Below are positions 26,401 to 38,460 of a DNA stretch of 64,000 bases, piece after piece. The stretch spans positions 17,608,001-17,672,000 of the forward strand of contig JBHGNT010000018.1 of NCBI GenBank assembly GCA_043228905.1, read 5' to 3'. The stretch comes from Azolla caroliniana (taxonomy: Eukaryota; Plantae; Polypodiophyta). The position numbers and the translations under genes were made by a program. Below the pieces are notes generated by a model that saw only the letters and a list, made by a program, of their open reading frames with translations, did no database searches and was not told where the DNA came from. Numbering within the stretch: position 1 is the first letter of the stretch; each line of letters opens with the position of its first letter.

Positions 26401-27028
26401 AACTGTGAAAGGGACGCGCAAGACCCATTGTGTTTTAGGGTTTAGTCGCAGGGACACAACACAATTGTTATTCCGTAGTTTATCGTGCTTTTGTTCTATG
26501 TGTTTAGATGAAGCTTGGGATGAATGCACCAATCTATCAATTGTGGAGCCATGGAAGCTACAAAAGCTTGAGATTGAACAATGTGTGGATATCTAAGAAG
26601 ACGAACATGTAGACAATATTGTATAGTACAACCAATGTGAGGACTTGGCAGTATTATTGGAAGTTGGAGATCATTTTGCAGTGCTCATATCTCCTCAAAA
26701 TGAAGATTTTGAAGACTACTACATTGTGGTGTGCAAGCAAGGAAATACAATATTGGAAGAAGTCGTGAGGGACGGTTGGGGCAACATGTTCAATGTTGGT
26801 GAGTGTGTCGTGTATGGCAACTACTATGCAAAGTTACCACAATGCAAGAACACGTATGCATTATTAAAAGATGCACCCACTGCAATAATCTATGCTGACA
26901 CTGTCATCGCAATCAAGTTCACTATGAGTCAAGCAAAGCACAAGGTTAAGGGATACAACACTGTCTACAAGGTCCCCAAAGAGGTTCACGAACACATATT
27001 GGGGGAGATCTCCCTCTTTAATTCTTAG
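23431..27028 (+). pseudogene. Sola-like DDD transposase pseudogene; introns 24060-24148 and 25078-26142
   Basis: IIDFAENY..QNEVQSMHW, DDKKHD, WVWSDG, WNY..SGHGKGEHDG..VIKR, SCFCSMC; GT/AG sites with gctaac branch point at ~26118; several in-frame stops. Confidence 0.8.
25240..26060. repeat. ~41-bp degenerate minisatellite with AGTACT/TTAGTACTAA cores in transposase intron 2
   Basis: Example unit ttagtactatcctctctcatgcattagtactaatcaatagc; about a dozen exact AGTACT. Confidence 0.88.
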
Positions 27029-27669
27029 AATGGCAAGCACTGTTCATATGTAACATTCGCATGTCTTGTAAACTCTGGCCTACAAATGAATGGAAATATA
27101 TCATCTTTGGTTTTCTTATGAGTTTGCAATGACAAAAATCTTAATCTCGGTGTTTTGTTTAGATATGTATGTATCTTTTGCATACAATTTATGGTGAAAA
27201 ATATCTTTGGTTAATACTAAAACTGTGTTAAGTGTTTCCTAACCTAGAGATTGAACATGTTAATTGCTAGTACTAATACAATGGTTCATTCAAGTATACA
27301 TACCATGTTCATATGCATTAAAATATAGTACTAATATTGTGTTAAGTGTTTACTAACCTAGACATATCCTGTCTATATGTGTCCATAACAAGCGTCAAGG
27401 TCATATGTGTGCATAACAAGCGACATTCTTATTAAGATGAGACCTCAAATAGTATCAAATTCACATTCTTACAAATATATGTATCAAAGTTAGTACAGTG
27501 CATATCAAGTTGGTACTAAATTAGTCACTAAGATGAGTAGTCAAATAGTATCAAGTTCAAATTCAGGATAAGTAAACCAAAACAATGTCAAGAAGCAGTT
27601 AATCAAAGACTTGCTCATATGGTAATCAATTACAAACAACGATCTAAATACAAAAAACTTTGTTTTTAG

Positions 27670-30600
27670 TTTTTTCTAGATCTTGTAATGCACCTATTTT
27701 TTGTTACACTCTTCTCAGATTCCACACCCTTCTTCTTCTTCATCTTAAAGCCACGAGGTAGTAGCCTACTGAGTGGCAGTTCATCATCGGAGGGGGGGGG
27801 GGGGGGGGCAAGCTTGAGGGAACCTTGTGCTCTACTGCAACTTCCTAAGACGCACACACTTCCAAGAAGATCTTGTCGATAGTATTAGCATTAATCTGCT
27901 CTTCATGGGTAGAACCGGTGTTCTGCAGTAACACGGTATTCGTAGTACAAACATGTTCCTCTTCTTGGGTGGTTGCCATCTTCATTGCAAACTCGTGATT
28001 GAAGCTAGACACATGGTTCTTTGTACAATCTTGTTCCATGTGCAGGCTACTTGCGGTGTTTTGGTAAGACATGTGATTCGTAATACCACCTTGTTCCTCT
28101 TCTTGGGTGGTAGCTACAATCCCCTTAATGATACAGTCTTGCCCCACGTTTACGGTACTGTCAAAGTTCTTCAACTCCTCTTCTTGGGTGATTTCACATT
28201 CCTCATATGTGGTGCTATCTGAGTTTGAAAAATCAAGATTGCTCCATAGACTGCCTGAATCATCAGATCCTATTTGGGAATCTCCAATGCATGTTCTTCT
28301 ATTCCTAAATAACAAGAACAATATCAATTCACATTCTTACAAAGTGAAGGAACCTAGCCATATCAATTAACATACTAGATTAAGGGACAATCGTTTACCT
28401 ATTGTTACATCTCCATCCAGAACTTTTGAAGATGAGTCTTTGCAGATGATTGTGTTTGTCATGTGTTGCAAGACTCGGTTTGCATTGGTATCACACTCGT
28501 CATTATTGCTTGGGATGGTACCAGTCTCAGGTTGGGGCTCTGAATCATGCCAAGATTTTACATCACTTTCTATATATTAATAGACCAAAACCATTCTTGT
28601 CACTTGGGTGATATGGTCAAAATAACTATTATATAAGAGGGTTCACAACATGTACCTGCGAGGACGATAAATTCTTCTTCATGTTGTGGCTCTGAATCGG
28701 TATCTAACAACAAAAGCACATGGTCTTAGTCTAACTCATTAACTTTACAGCTCTCAAAGTTTGTGAGAATTTGTATGACCCACCACTACAATGAACTCTG
28801 CATTTCTTCCCCTTTCCATACAATTTCCTTGTAGCATTACGCTTCTTCGTAGGCTCTTTGATAGAAACATAAGAAATTAGAGTATAGCAACAATGCATTA
28901 TTAACAGTTCACACACAATTAGCATTACCGTTCACACAGTCAAGGTGAGCCGAGTTAGGAGAATTTGTTTGAAGCAACACGTCTTCAACTGTTCCAATGG
29001 CCTTTCTCATACATTCATCTTCATCACAAATTTCCTCAGTTACCACTAAGGAATGACCATGGATTTTGGAATTTGTAGCAGACTCTGTACGTGGTAGCGC
29101 GGGGGCTGGTTGGTTAGTAACCTTCCTTGGTGTGGTGTTGCTTGATACTACAACATTCATATTATAATCGTACATTACTTCTAACATGACTACAATGTTA
29201 CAAATATTATCAGTACTGAATCAAGTGGACATTTAAGACCTTCAGTACTAAAAAATCAGTCTTGTTCCAATTGATCACCAAGGAATATGCATGTAACAAT
29301 AATATTAGTACTAAAACAACAAAGAGGAACTTGAGGACACAATACAGAACCATCTGGACATGCTGTCGATATTTGTTCGGTACTAAAGAAAAGACCTGCA
29401 TGCCTGTTTGTTCAGTCATCCAGAGCCTATTTGTTCGGTTCTCCTATTTGTTAGTACACATACAAGTGATACAACTAAACCCTACTAAATAATTAGTACT
29501 AAATCAACTTAGCACCAAAGGATACAATGTAATCAGTAAGTTTGTACTAAAACATCAATCAAGGAACTTGAGAGAACAGTATTGAACCACCTGGACACAA
29601 AACGTACAATGTAATGGACAGTGTTAGTACTTATACAAGTTATACAACGAATCAATTAAGACATTCACTAATAAATAATCAGTACTGAATCAACTGATCA
29701 CCAAGGAATACAATGTAATCAGTAATGTTAGTATTGAATCCTCCAACAAGGAACTTGAGGGCACATTACACAACCACTTGGACATGCATATTTCATGTAA
29801 TGAACAATGTTAGTACTAAAAAACCTACACCTTCATGCCTATTTGTTCGGTCATCCAGAGCCTAAGCCAAGTGGACACAAAAAGTAGAATGTAATGAATA
29901 ATGTTAGTGCACATGCAAGTTATACAACCAAACATTTAAGATCCTCAGTACTAAATAAGATTCACATTGGCAATTGATCACCAAGGAATACAATGTAATC
30001 AGTAATATTAGTACTGAATCATGTAAAAATGATCACCAAGGAACAATACTCATGGGTATAAGACTAGAACCAAATGTTAAAATTATAAAAGCATAGTATA
30101 AAAATTACATATGTTCTTAATCACATACCATAGGAATGTACTTTCAAACCCCAAGTTAAGAACCATTCAGCGCCAACTGTACTTTTACAGTGTAAACATA
30201 TATTTTCTTTCTCAAAATGGTACTTAGCGCATAAACAATGATATGTGTGCAAGCATGGTGTAATGATAGCATCCATGGCCTCAAACTTGAATCCAAGGCC
30301 ACAGAATACACACCTTCAAATACGAGAAACAACATACACTATATTAGCAACGATGATATTTTATACAATAGAAGGTCAACTTGTAAAAATATAAACCATT
30401 ACCTTGATACAAGAATTCTTGTAATGGTACTTTCATTGCAAGTGGGATGCTCAACTACTTCTGGCCATAGAAGATCTAAACCTTTATCTTTTAGACCCTT
30501 CATCAAACATGTCAAGTTCTCAGAGTGAATTTTAAGGCTGATAACTTATCATCAATTTCAGAACGAGACGACCTCCATGTCTCCAAATCTTTCTTTTGTT

Positions 30601-31880
30601 TTCCTAGTTGAGTGCCCATATTTGTCAGCTCCTTCTTCAACTCCTCTTTCAACACATCGCTTTCAAAATGTTGGATTGTTGATGTTATCCATTCGTATGT
30701 ATTCGATATAGATGTGAATTGTTTCTCTGCCGCCATCTCACTAGATGAAACTTCTTCCAAATCGGTGAGCAATGCTTGCATTCTTGTTTGCATGGAAGCT
30801 ATGCAACGCAACAATCGCTGTTCATGGTTTTCTGTCAGTGTGGCTCTTTCTTTTGCAATCTGTTTAGTCAACATAGATGTCCTAGCTGGGATTTCAATGT
30901 GAGGGGTACCCTCAGACTTCATAGTAGTGTTGGTACTTGAGCACCCTCTATAATGTGATGATCGATGATGAGCAAAATCTTCCCAATAAACTTCAATGCC
31001 ACCATGGAGTTCACATGCAAATGCACATGCAAAAACAGTTCCTAACTCATTATTTAGGATATGTTTTGTATCATAAACTTGTTCATATCATGACTTTAGT
31101 TCAGTGACATAATCCTTCTTGAATTGATTGAGATGAAAACCTCTCCTTGTCTCCGGTTGTGATGAGCCCCATGTTTTGATCATCCACATGTCTACGTCTT
31201 CATAAGTGTCAGGTCGTGCATGAAGGAAATATCCCCATCCTAACTTTCTACCTCGAAGGATTTTTGTGAACATATTCTTGCCATGAGATGTTGACAACTT
31301 AAACCTCCCTCTGGTGGGGGTCATCTTACTTTCTTTGATGGGGGTCCTTTTTCTTTCCTTGCATGGTGTGTTGACATTTTCTTTGACCATTTTCGTCTTC
31401 GTGGGTGTCTTCCTTGTCATTTGAGTCCTATCTATCTTCTTCACCCCACACACACAACAATAGAAAATAACAATAGATCAATCACAACTATCTTTTTTCA
31501 TCATATGATTAAATCACGCATAATAAGAACAACAATGAGACAAAAACATCAACAACAAAGACAAAACCTACAACATAATGTTAACTCCCGAAACACAACA
31601 TATATATGCTAAACCATGGAAAATCATCGCAGCGTACCATCATAGAACCATCTTCCAATATGTCAACATGTACCTAATTCTAAATCATGCAATAAATGAC
31701 ATATGCATGTAAAACACTCTCAATTTCAAGCATATGCATGTACAAGTGTCTGAAATGATCAAGGGAGAACAACACGAACAACAACAACAAAACCCTAACA
31801 TGTAGTAGAACGTGAAGGTAAGCCTAAATCAGGATTACCTTTTCAGATGTTGTTAGGGTTGCAGATAGTAGGATTACCTT
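27670..31880 (-). pseudogene. Second, convergent multi-exon gene of the Sola-like element (basic N-terminus, W/F-rich domain, coiled coil, acidic low-complexity C-terminus); function unknown
   Basis: ORFs 31088-31453, 30512-30922, 28909-29187, 27845-28327 and 27666-27857 are all on minus, separated by AT-rich segments with GGTAA donors (~31875, 31837, 30401, 28926, 28397). Confidence 0.62.
29200..30035. repeat. Degenerate AGTACT-core repeat array in an intron of the second gene
   Basis: Recurrent gatcaccaaggaatacaatgtaatcagtaa..ttagtact.aa blocks; about nine exact AGTACT. Confidence 0.82.
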
Positions 31881-32050
31881 TCTGAAGTCCTTGTAGAGGG
31901 GACACGTTTGAAGCACGGGTTGCAAGCAAACGGACACACCAGGTAGAGGGAACACAGTGACTTCAGAATGTTAGGATTTCGGTACCTCCGTATGGGATAT
32001 GAGTAACCAAAAACGGAAGACCTGGTGAGAACCAGATGATGAGTACCCGG

Positions 32051-35000
32051 TGTCGTCAAGATTTTCGGCAATGGTGTGAAAATCACATAAAACATACGAA
32101 ATTGAGTGTGATTCATATAAAACAATAATAGTGAAGATACTAATTTTAAGTAAGTTTAATATCTTAGTACAAAAATATGGAGGTCTTGAAGAGCTTTCAG
32201 ATGCACTTTACTACATAAGAAATGGACATCTAAGTGTCAACTTATGTGGGTACGAAGTTTGCAAAGACAAAGAGAGAAATAAAATTGTGAGATATCCCAC
32301 ATAGATAGGAAATAAGGATCTGACCATATATAAGGTAGAGCAAAAGCTATAATCTTTGTGTCTATGTGAGGAGCATAGAGAGTTCAAGGTGACTTGAACT
32401 CAGCTATTGGATGAATGGGTGTGGCTTGGCTACATGCAAAGGTTTTGGCCAACCAAAACCGAACCGGTTCCGTTGTCGGCGAGCAAGGAACCTTCGAACC
32501 TCCATTTAGTTTACGCATTCTTCTTTCATATCTCGGATCGTGTTCACCTTGGATGGCAAAGACTTCCAACCATATGGTCCACACAAGTGACCTACCACCA
32601 AGATCTCAGGTTGCCTGAAAACGGATTTTTCTCCCGAAAATGTCAAATTCGCATCTTCGAGCCTTTGAAGCACCTTCTCGCAATCTTTCATATGATCCAC
32701 AACGAACTTTCTACACCCTTCCTTATCTTTCGATTCATCTTTCTCCTCATCCGAACATCCTTTTATCGGAATATCATCCAAGCATGGCATTGTGATGTCC
32801 GGGATGCAATCCTTCAAGACCTTGTTCATGGCATTCACCATATGAGCCACCGAGTTTGTTGCACCTTGAGGTAAGGTACACATCCGCACGAGCCCGATTG
32901 GAGTCCTCATGGTTGTAATGTCATGACTGTCGATCGCCAATTGGAATTGGTCGTATCCAAAGTAGAGATCGCCAATGGAGTAGATGGACCGCCCCGCAAA
33001 CGCTTCGGCAAATTCGTCCACGCTCGGACCGATTCTAGCATTCCGAATTATCACCTTGTTGACGGGTTGAAGATCTTGGATGAATCGCAATGATCCATTC
33101 TTCTTTGGCACCGTGAACCACCTATTAGAATAAGGAGCATTCGACGGTTCTAGAATTTCCATATTCACCTTCTCCTTTAAGAGCTTGATTAGCTTTGGTA
33201 GGTGTGCTCTTGGAACCGATATTGGGTGGGTCATCAACCAAGAAGGAGAAGATAATGCGCGGTATGCCATCCGGTTCAGAGCAAAAGTTCTCAGCGAACG
33301 GCAACAAAGATACACCCAAGTCAAGCGGGAACGTTAGGGTATTGTGTCGGTAGTGAAGATGGACAAAGATTACCTGATCGGGTCAGAAGTGATAATAGAG
33401 ACACATTTTCTCCCAATCCTCGGAATGATATCGGGATGTGCGACCCAAGATTTAGCTATGCTAAGGTGGATCGCCTATATCAAGTCTTTAAGCCCAAAGA
33501 TCCGCCACATTACAGGCAAGAAGAACGTCATGACTGATATGCTGTCAAGGGCAAGATTTGAAAGTGAAAGTGACATGGTTTTAGAAGATGAAGATGTCAC
33601 CCTCGACTTCTTCAAGATGGCTCGATTATCGGCGGAAGACAAGGACACGCTAACCCTCCACGCCTTCAACGAGGAAGAGTACGAAGGAGAGTGCTTACTG
33701 ATCGGCAGATTCTTAAGAACAATGACGACGGATGCTTCGTTGACAAAGGAGGAGGCTCTACGAATACGGAAGAAAGCTTATCGATACTTCCTGAAGGGAG
33801 GCTTCCTTTAGCGACACCCAAAAAGAAGGAGGGGAATACCATGCCGAGTGGTGGTGAAGAAAGAAGAGCAAGTGACGCTGTTGACCGAATTCCACGAGAG
33901 TGCTTGGGCAGGTCATAGAGCAACATGGGCGACGTTCGAAAAGTTCAAGGAAAAGTACTGGTGGCCAAGCATGTACAAAGATGTACTCCATTTTGTATCC
34001 ACATGCGAAACTTGCCAAGTACATTCCAACATACATCATCGTGATGAGCTACGACCGACATACCCGCTCACCATACACTTCAAATGGATGGATGATCTGG
34101 TCTCGATGCCAATGGGAGTGGGACAAATGAAGTACTTAGTGCTGGCAAGAGAAGACTTGACAAATCAAGTGGAAGGGTGGGCCTTGACAAATAAGACAAC
34201 GTCAGTTGTTTGCAAATTTCTACTTGAAGAGGTTGTCTGCCGATATGGATGTGTGGGGAAGATAGTCACCGACCGAGGGGAGTTGGACGCACACGAAGCA
34301 ACAGAGCTTTTCGAACGACTAGGCGTGAAGCTCTCCCTCACAATTGCCTACAATCCAGAAGCGAATGGGAAGATCGAGCGAGGGCATGGACCCATCGTCA
34401 AAGCCATCGTACGAGCATGCAACGGTCGAGTCAGGAATTGGCCACGACTATTGCCCTATGCCTTGTGGGCCGACAAAACGACACACAGCTCGGTGACAGG
34501 GTATATGCCAACGGAGCTTATGTATGGACAAAAGCTGGTGATGCCCATCGAAAGGACGATCGCCTCATGAGTAGCGATACCATGGGAGAAGGAGATAAGC
34601 CGAGAAGAATTATTAACGGCATGGATAAGGCAACTTGAAATGAGACCTGAAGATCTAGAACATGCACGAAAAATGGTGGAGGCAGCCCAAGTGAAGAACA
34701 AAATTCTGTTCGACAAGACGCATCGACTGCATCCCAAGAAGATCGAAGAAGGAGATTGGGTATTGGTCTATGACAACAACCTTGAAAATCAACATAGTAC
34801 AACAAGGTAGTTCACAAGAAGATGGTTCGGCCGTATGTGGTGATAAGTGCCAACGACAATGCCACATACCACCTTGCGGAGCTAGATGGATCAAGGCTGG
34901 CCATACCCATTGTGGGAAAAAGAGTAAAGGTTTTCAAGAAAAGACAAGACGAGGATCCTGACCTTGATCACCTCGACGATGAAGATACTACGACGGATGT

Positions 35001-36231
35001 GATTGAGGACGTGGAGGAATTTGATTGATCACCGTTTCCGAAATCTCACACTCTCTCTTCTTGGCACGTACTAGAGGACGTGCGGTTTGGTGGGGGTGGA
35101 TGTCGTGAAGATTTTCGGCAATGGTGTGAAAATCACATAAAACGTACGAAATCGAGTGTGATTCATATAAAACAATAATAGTGAAGATACTAATTTTAAG
35201 TAAGTTTAATACAAAAAGATGGACGTCTTGAAGAGCTTTCGGATGCACTTTACTACATAAGAAACGGACATCTAAGTGTCAACTTATGTGGGTAGGAAGT
35301 TTGTAAAGACAAAGAGAGAAATAAAATTAAGAGATATCCCACATAGACAGGAAATAAGGATCTGACCATATATAAGGTAGAGCAAAAGCTATAATCTTTG
35401 TGTCTATGTGAGGAGCATAGAGAGTTCAAGGTGACTTGAACTCAGCTATTGGATGAATGGGTGTGGCTTGGCTACTTGCAAAGGTTTTGGCCAACCAAAA
35501 CCGGACCGGCGACGGAGCCGGCATCCGGCGTCCGGTGTCCGGCGACAGAACCAGACTGTAACTAGCATCCGCAACGGAACCAGGATTCAGCGACTAGACG
35601 GTAACTGACATCCGACGACTGGAAGTTAACCGACATCCGACAACCGGCAGCTAGATGGATAAATAAATAAATAAATACTTATACATATACTCGAGGGAAA
35701 GTAAGGATTTGAACCTTGCACCTCCAAGTTGAAAGTCAATAGGCTTACCACTAAGCCAACACATTTTCTTGGAATTATATTTTTATCATTGTAACTTTAC
35801 ATGTAAATTCTCATACATGAGAGCTAAAATGAGTGACATGGTTATCATGCACCACATGTAATACATGAGCGCCAAATGGGAAACATACATTTTATGCATG
35901 TCTTGTACCCTCAAATGCATGAGGGCATCTATAAAAGAGGGGAGGAAAAAGATAAAAGGACTAATGTAAAAATTTTGGATGATGAAATAAGAAACTTGTA
36001 ACCCTATTGTTGATGTATCTTGCTCTTAAATCTAAAGTTAAAAGTTCGATCTTATCTCTCTCACTCTCTATCTCTCTCTCAATCTAAAGTCAAGCGTTTA
36101 AATCTCATATTAATCTCAATCTATCTTAAAAACCTTTCTCGCTAAAGCTAGTGAAAACTTCGAATCCTTCCGGTCCAGGACCCCGGTGGTTCCACCTCGC
36201 GATCCGCACATAGTGACGGATCTTCACGACA
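32051..36231 (+). mobile_element. Ty3/gypsy G3 with TSD CCGG: truncated 5' LTR, inverted RT fragment, RH-IN and full 3' LTR (35101-36231)
   Basis: CCGG at 32047-32050 and 36232-36235; 32051-32467 repeats 35101-35508; RT on minus 32506-33220; RH/IN on plus 33344-35028; PPT before 35101. Confidence 0.92.
35695..35762 (-). promoter_or_regulatory. tRNA-like Pol III promoter module (A box and B box) antisense inside the G3 LTR
   Basis: TGGCTTAGTGG (35758-35748) and GGTTCAAATCC (35715-35705); decayed equivalent in the G2 LTR at 17298-17362. Confidence 0.6.
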
Positions 36232-36768
36232 CCGGCAAGGAAGACCCGGTGAGAACCAGATGATGCAGGCCCAGTGAGAACCTCTCACCGGATGAAGGGA
36301 CATATAGGTAAATATGTTTTTGAGAGCCCATTGGGGCTATACTTGTAAATATTCCTAATGTCATATTAGTATAAATATGACCTAGGGCAAACACTTATCA
36401 GTGTTGTTAGTCATTCTTTTTGTTATTGGTGTAACTGTTGTATAGAGATAGAATGAGAGAGAAAGATATATATATATATATATATATATAGAGTGATTCT
36501 ATGTTGTAACTGCTTGCTGGCGAAGATTAAGAGCACAAGGTCGTTGCCTCTATGCCCCCTGTTGTATTCTTTTGACATAGTGATATTTCGGAGTCTATGG
36601 GCTCCCGTGGTTTTTCCCTCGTACGGTTTTCCACGTAAACATCTTGTATACTCTCTTGTTTCTTGTTGTCTGTGTGTATGTGTATTTCTCCTCCGTTCCC
36701 ATTCTCGGTGTCTGATTCAAAACGAAGTGATTGAAGACTCGGTTGTGGCCGACCATTATTCCGCACGT

Positions 36769-37330
36769 TGTCGCGGTTTTCCGCAAGTACGTGTAGGATC
36801 TTAGGTGGAACCGCGGGGGTCTTGGACTAGGGAGACGGATGGTGGAGTCCTTAAGCTTTGTGGGCTTCAGTCCGGAATCGGCTTCTGGCTCCAACGAATG
36901 TAGGGTTTCATAAACGGTTCACCACGACTATGGACCCGACTCAAATATGTTACGAGGAAGGTAGATATACACCAACATGAATATATATTACCAGAGTTTA
37001 CAACAAGGCGGTTACATGCCCCGAATCCGGTGGCTATTACATATCAATAGGCTAATACAACAAGTTAAAAGTGGGAACCGGCGAAGGCAAGTCAAGTGGG
37101 CCGCCGGGACCGCGACGTCCACTGTTGGTCACGCCCTGAAGACAGTGGAGTGTTCTCGTGCCACTTCACCCTCCCTTCTTGAACCGGCCGCCATGTGAAA
37201 TGCTCTCCATCGAGGAGGGGAAATCGAACCTCCAAGTGCCGCCACCGGAATGCCGAAGAGCCGTTGTTGTAGAAACCCCAAACCAAAACACTAACTCGAC
37301 CCAGAAGGCTACACGAGTAGCATCTAAAAC
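36769..37330 (-). repeat. Truncated gypsy-family LTR
   Basis: ACGT|TGTCGCGGTTTTCC, the same terminus as the G4 LTR at 46187. Confidence 0.7.
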
Positions 37331-38136
37331 GGTGTCATGAAGTTCAGCAAGGGGAGCCTGATAGTGGCTCGGGCCCGGAAGGTCAACACATTGTACCTGA
37401 TGAATGCCCGGTTATGCCCGGAAGAAGTGAACGTTGCGTCCGACACTACCGGTGAGCTGTGGCACAAGAGACTGTGTCACATGAGTGAGAAGGGGATGAG
37501 GAGGCTTGCCGATGACAACGTCATTCCAGTGAAGGACGTGCATCTTGAGAAGTGCGCCGACTGCCTGGCCGGTAAGCAGAACCGGACGTCCTTCCGATCA
37601 AGGTCACCGATGAGATGTAATGCACCACTGGAGCTGGTGCATAACGATGTGTGTCAAATAGACACGAAGTCACATGCCGGATCGCAGTACTTCGTGACGT
37701 TCATAGAAGACCACAACCGGAAGTTGTGGGTCTCACCGCTGAAGACGAAGGATCAGGTGTTATCCGTCTTCAAGGAGCTCCATGCAAGAGTGGAAAGAGA
37801 AACCGGACGGAAGCTGAAGGCGGTTTGAGCAGATAACGGAGGTGAATACCAGGGGCAGTTCGAGGAGTATTGCCGCTTGAAGGGAATCCGGTTGGAATTT
37901 ACCGTGCCAAAGACACCGGAACTAAATGGGTTGGCCGAGATGATGAACCGGACCATAATGGAGAGGGTCCGGAGTATGCTGGCACATGCAAAATTACCCA
38001 AGACGTTTTGGGCTGAGGCGCTGTCAACAACAACGTATGTGATAAACAGATCACCCTCAGTACCCTTGGATGGAGACACCCTGCAGAGAGTGTGGACCGG
38101 TAAGGAAGTGTCTTACCGGTATCTAAAGGTGTTCGG

Positions 38137-38420
38137 TGACGAGAAATGCGTGGAATAATCTTCGGCCACAACCGAAGCTTAGATCACTTGATGACAATCA
38201 AACACAGAAGAAATGGGTATGGAGGTAATTACACAAACAGAAAAAAAAGAGAATGGCAAGGATGTTAACGTGGAAAATCTTGAGAGGGAAAAAACCACGG
38301 GAGCCCACAAACTCCAAACTATCACTATGTCAAAAATACAACAGAGAGCACAAAGGCAACAACCTCTTTCTCTCAATCTTCGCCTGGCGGCGGTTACAAT
38401 AAAGACACAATCTCTGTATA

Positions 38421-38460
<40 letters not shown>

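Larger units (their letters stand above)
22065..31968 (+). mobile_element. Sola-like (probably Sola2-type) DNA transposon with two convergent intron-containing genes; right end not present
   Basis: Sharp junction with G2 at GGGGTTGAAG; DDD transposase motifs; AT-rich introns; interrupted at 31969 by an LTR; no right TIR found. Confidence 0.65.
31969..36768 (+). repeat. Copia family-B LTR, interrupted by G3 (32051-36231) and by a gypsy LTR at 36769
   Basis: TGTTAGGAT start; gagtacCCGG[G3]CCGGcaaggaagacc rejoins to match the reverse complement of ~43250-43300. Confidence 0.88.

Noticed and set aside
22069-31917. TTGAAGCACG direct 10-mer near both ends of the Sola-like region as a TSD
   Set aside because: The interrupted gypsy does not resume after the second copy, and the length does not fit; probably chance or an internal motif
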